This document shows, piece by piece, positions 59,827-60,000 of a stretch of DNA of 60,000 bases. Position numbers and translations under genes: made by a program. The stretch comes from Squalus acanthias (Eukaryota): the NCBI GenBank assembly GCA_030390025.1, contig CM059432.1, positions 71,488,001 to 71,548,000 on the forward strand, in the 5' to 3' direction. How positions within the stretch are numbered: position 1 is the stretch's first letter; every line of letters starts with the position of its first letter. The notes under the pieces are model-generated. The model was not told the DNA's origin and ran no database searches. It saw only the letters and a program-made list of their open reading frames with translations.

Positions 59827-60000
59827 AAAGTTTTAGAACCTGGATTACACCAGTAATGACATGAAAATATATCACCTAGAAACCAAGTCATTACTCATGT
59901 ACTAGGAAAACAGTGGGAACTTGTACAAAACTCAACTACTAACAAAATAGCCATACATGAGCACCCTGAATTGTCAATCATTTGTGCTATTTTTCATTTT

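Overview
Eukaryotic, almost entirely transposon-derived window, probably from a shark or other cartilaginous fish (inferred from HER1-like CR1 tails and SacSINE-like fragments). I found no supportable host gene. It holds several decayed two-gene PIF/Harbinger transposons (HARBI1-like DDE transposase plus a convergent, intron-containing Myb/SANT partner) and many Harbinger MITEs with 3-bp TSDs, including three copies of exactly 893 bp. It also holds a short-LTR Gypsy element, an ERV-like remnant with a tRNA-Arg PBS, CR1, L2 and Tx1 LINE fragments, and Penelope-like inserts with hammerhead ribozymes. Best candidate for an undescribed system: a 3.2-kb LINE (11735-14963, minus strand). It has a tRNA-derived A/B-box head joined almost directly to a single APE+RT ORF, no ORF1, and no internal TTTT on its sense strand, which fits a Pol III-transcribed protein-coding retrotransposon. 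Second candidate: a young Neptune-like Penelope insert with 895-bp inverted arms and a ~195-bp non-coding hammerhead element that share the same inverted-arm, tail and TSD architecture. All coordinates and comparisons were made by eye.
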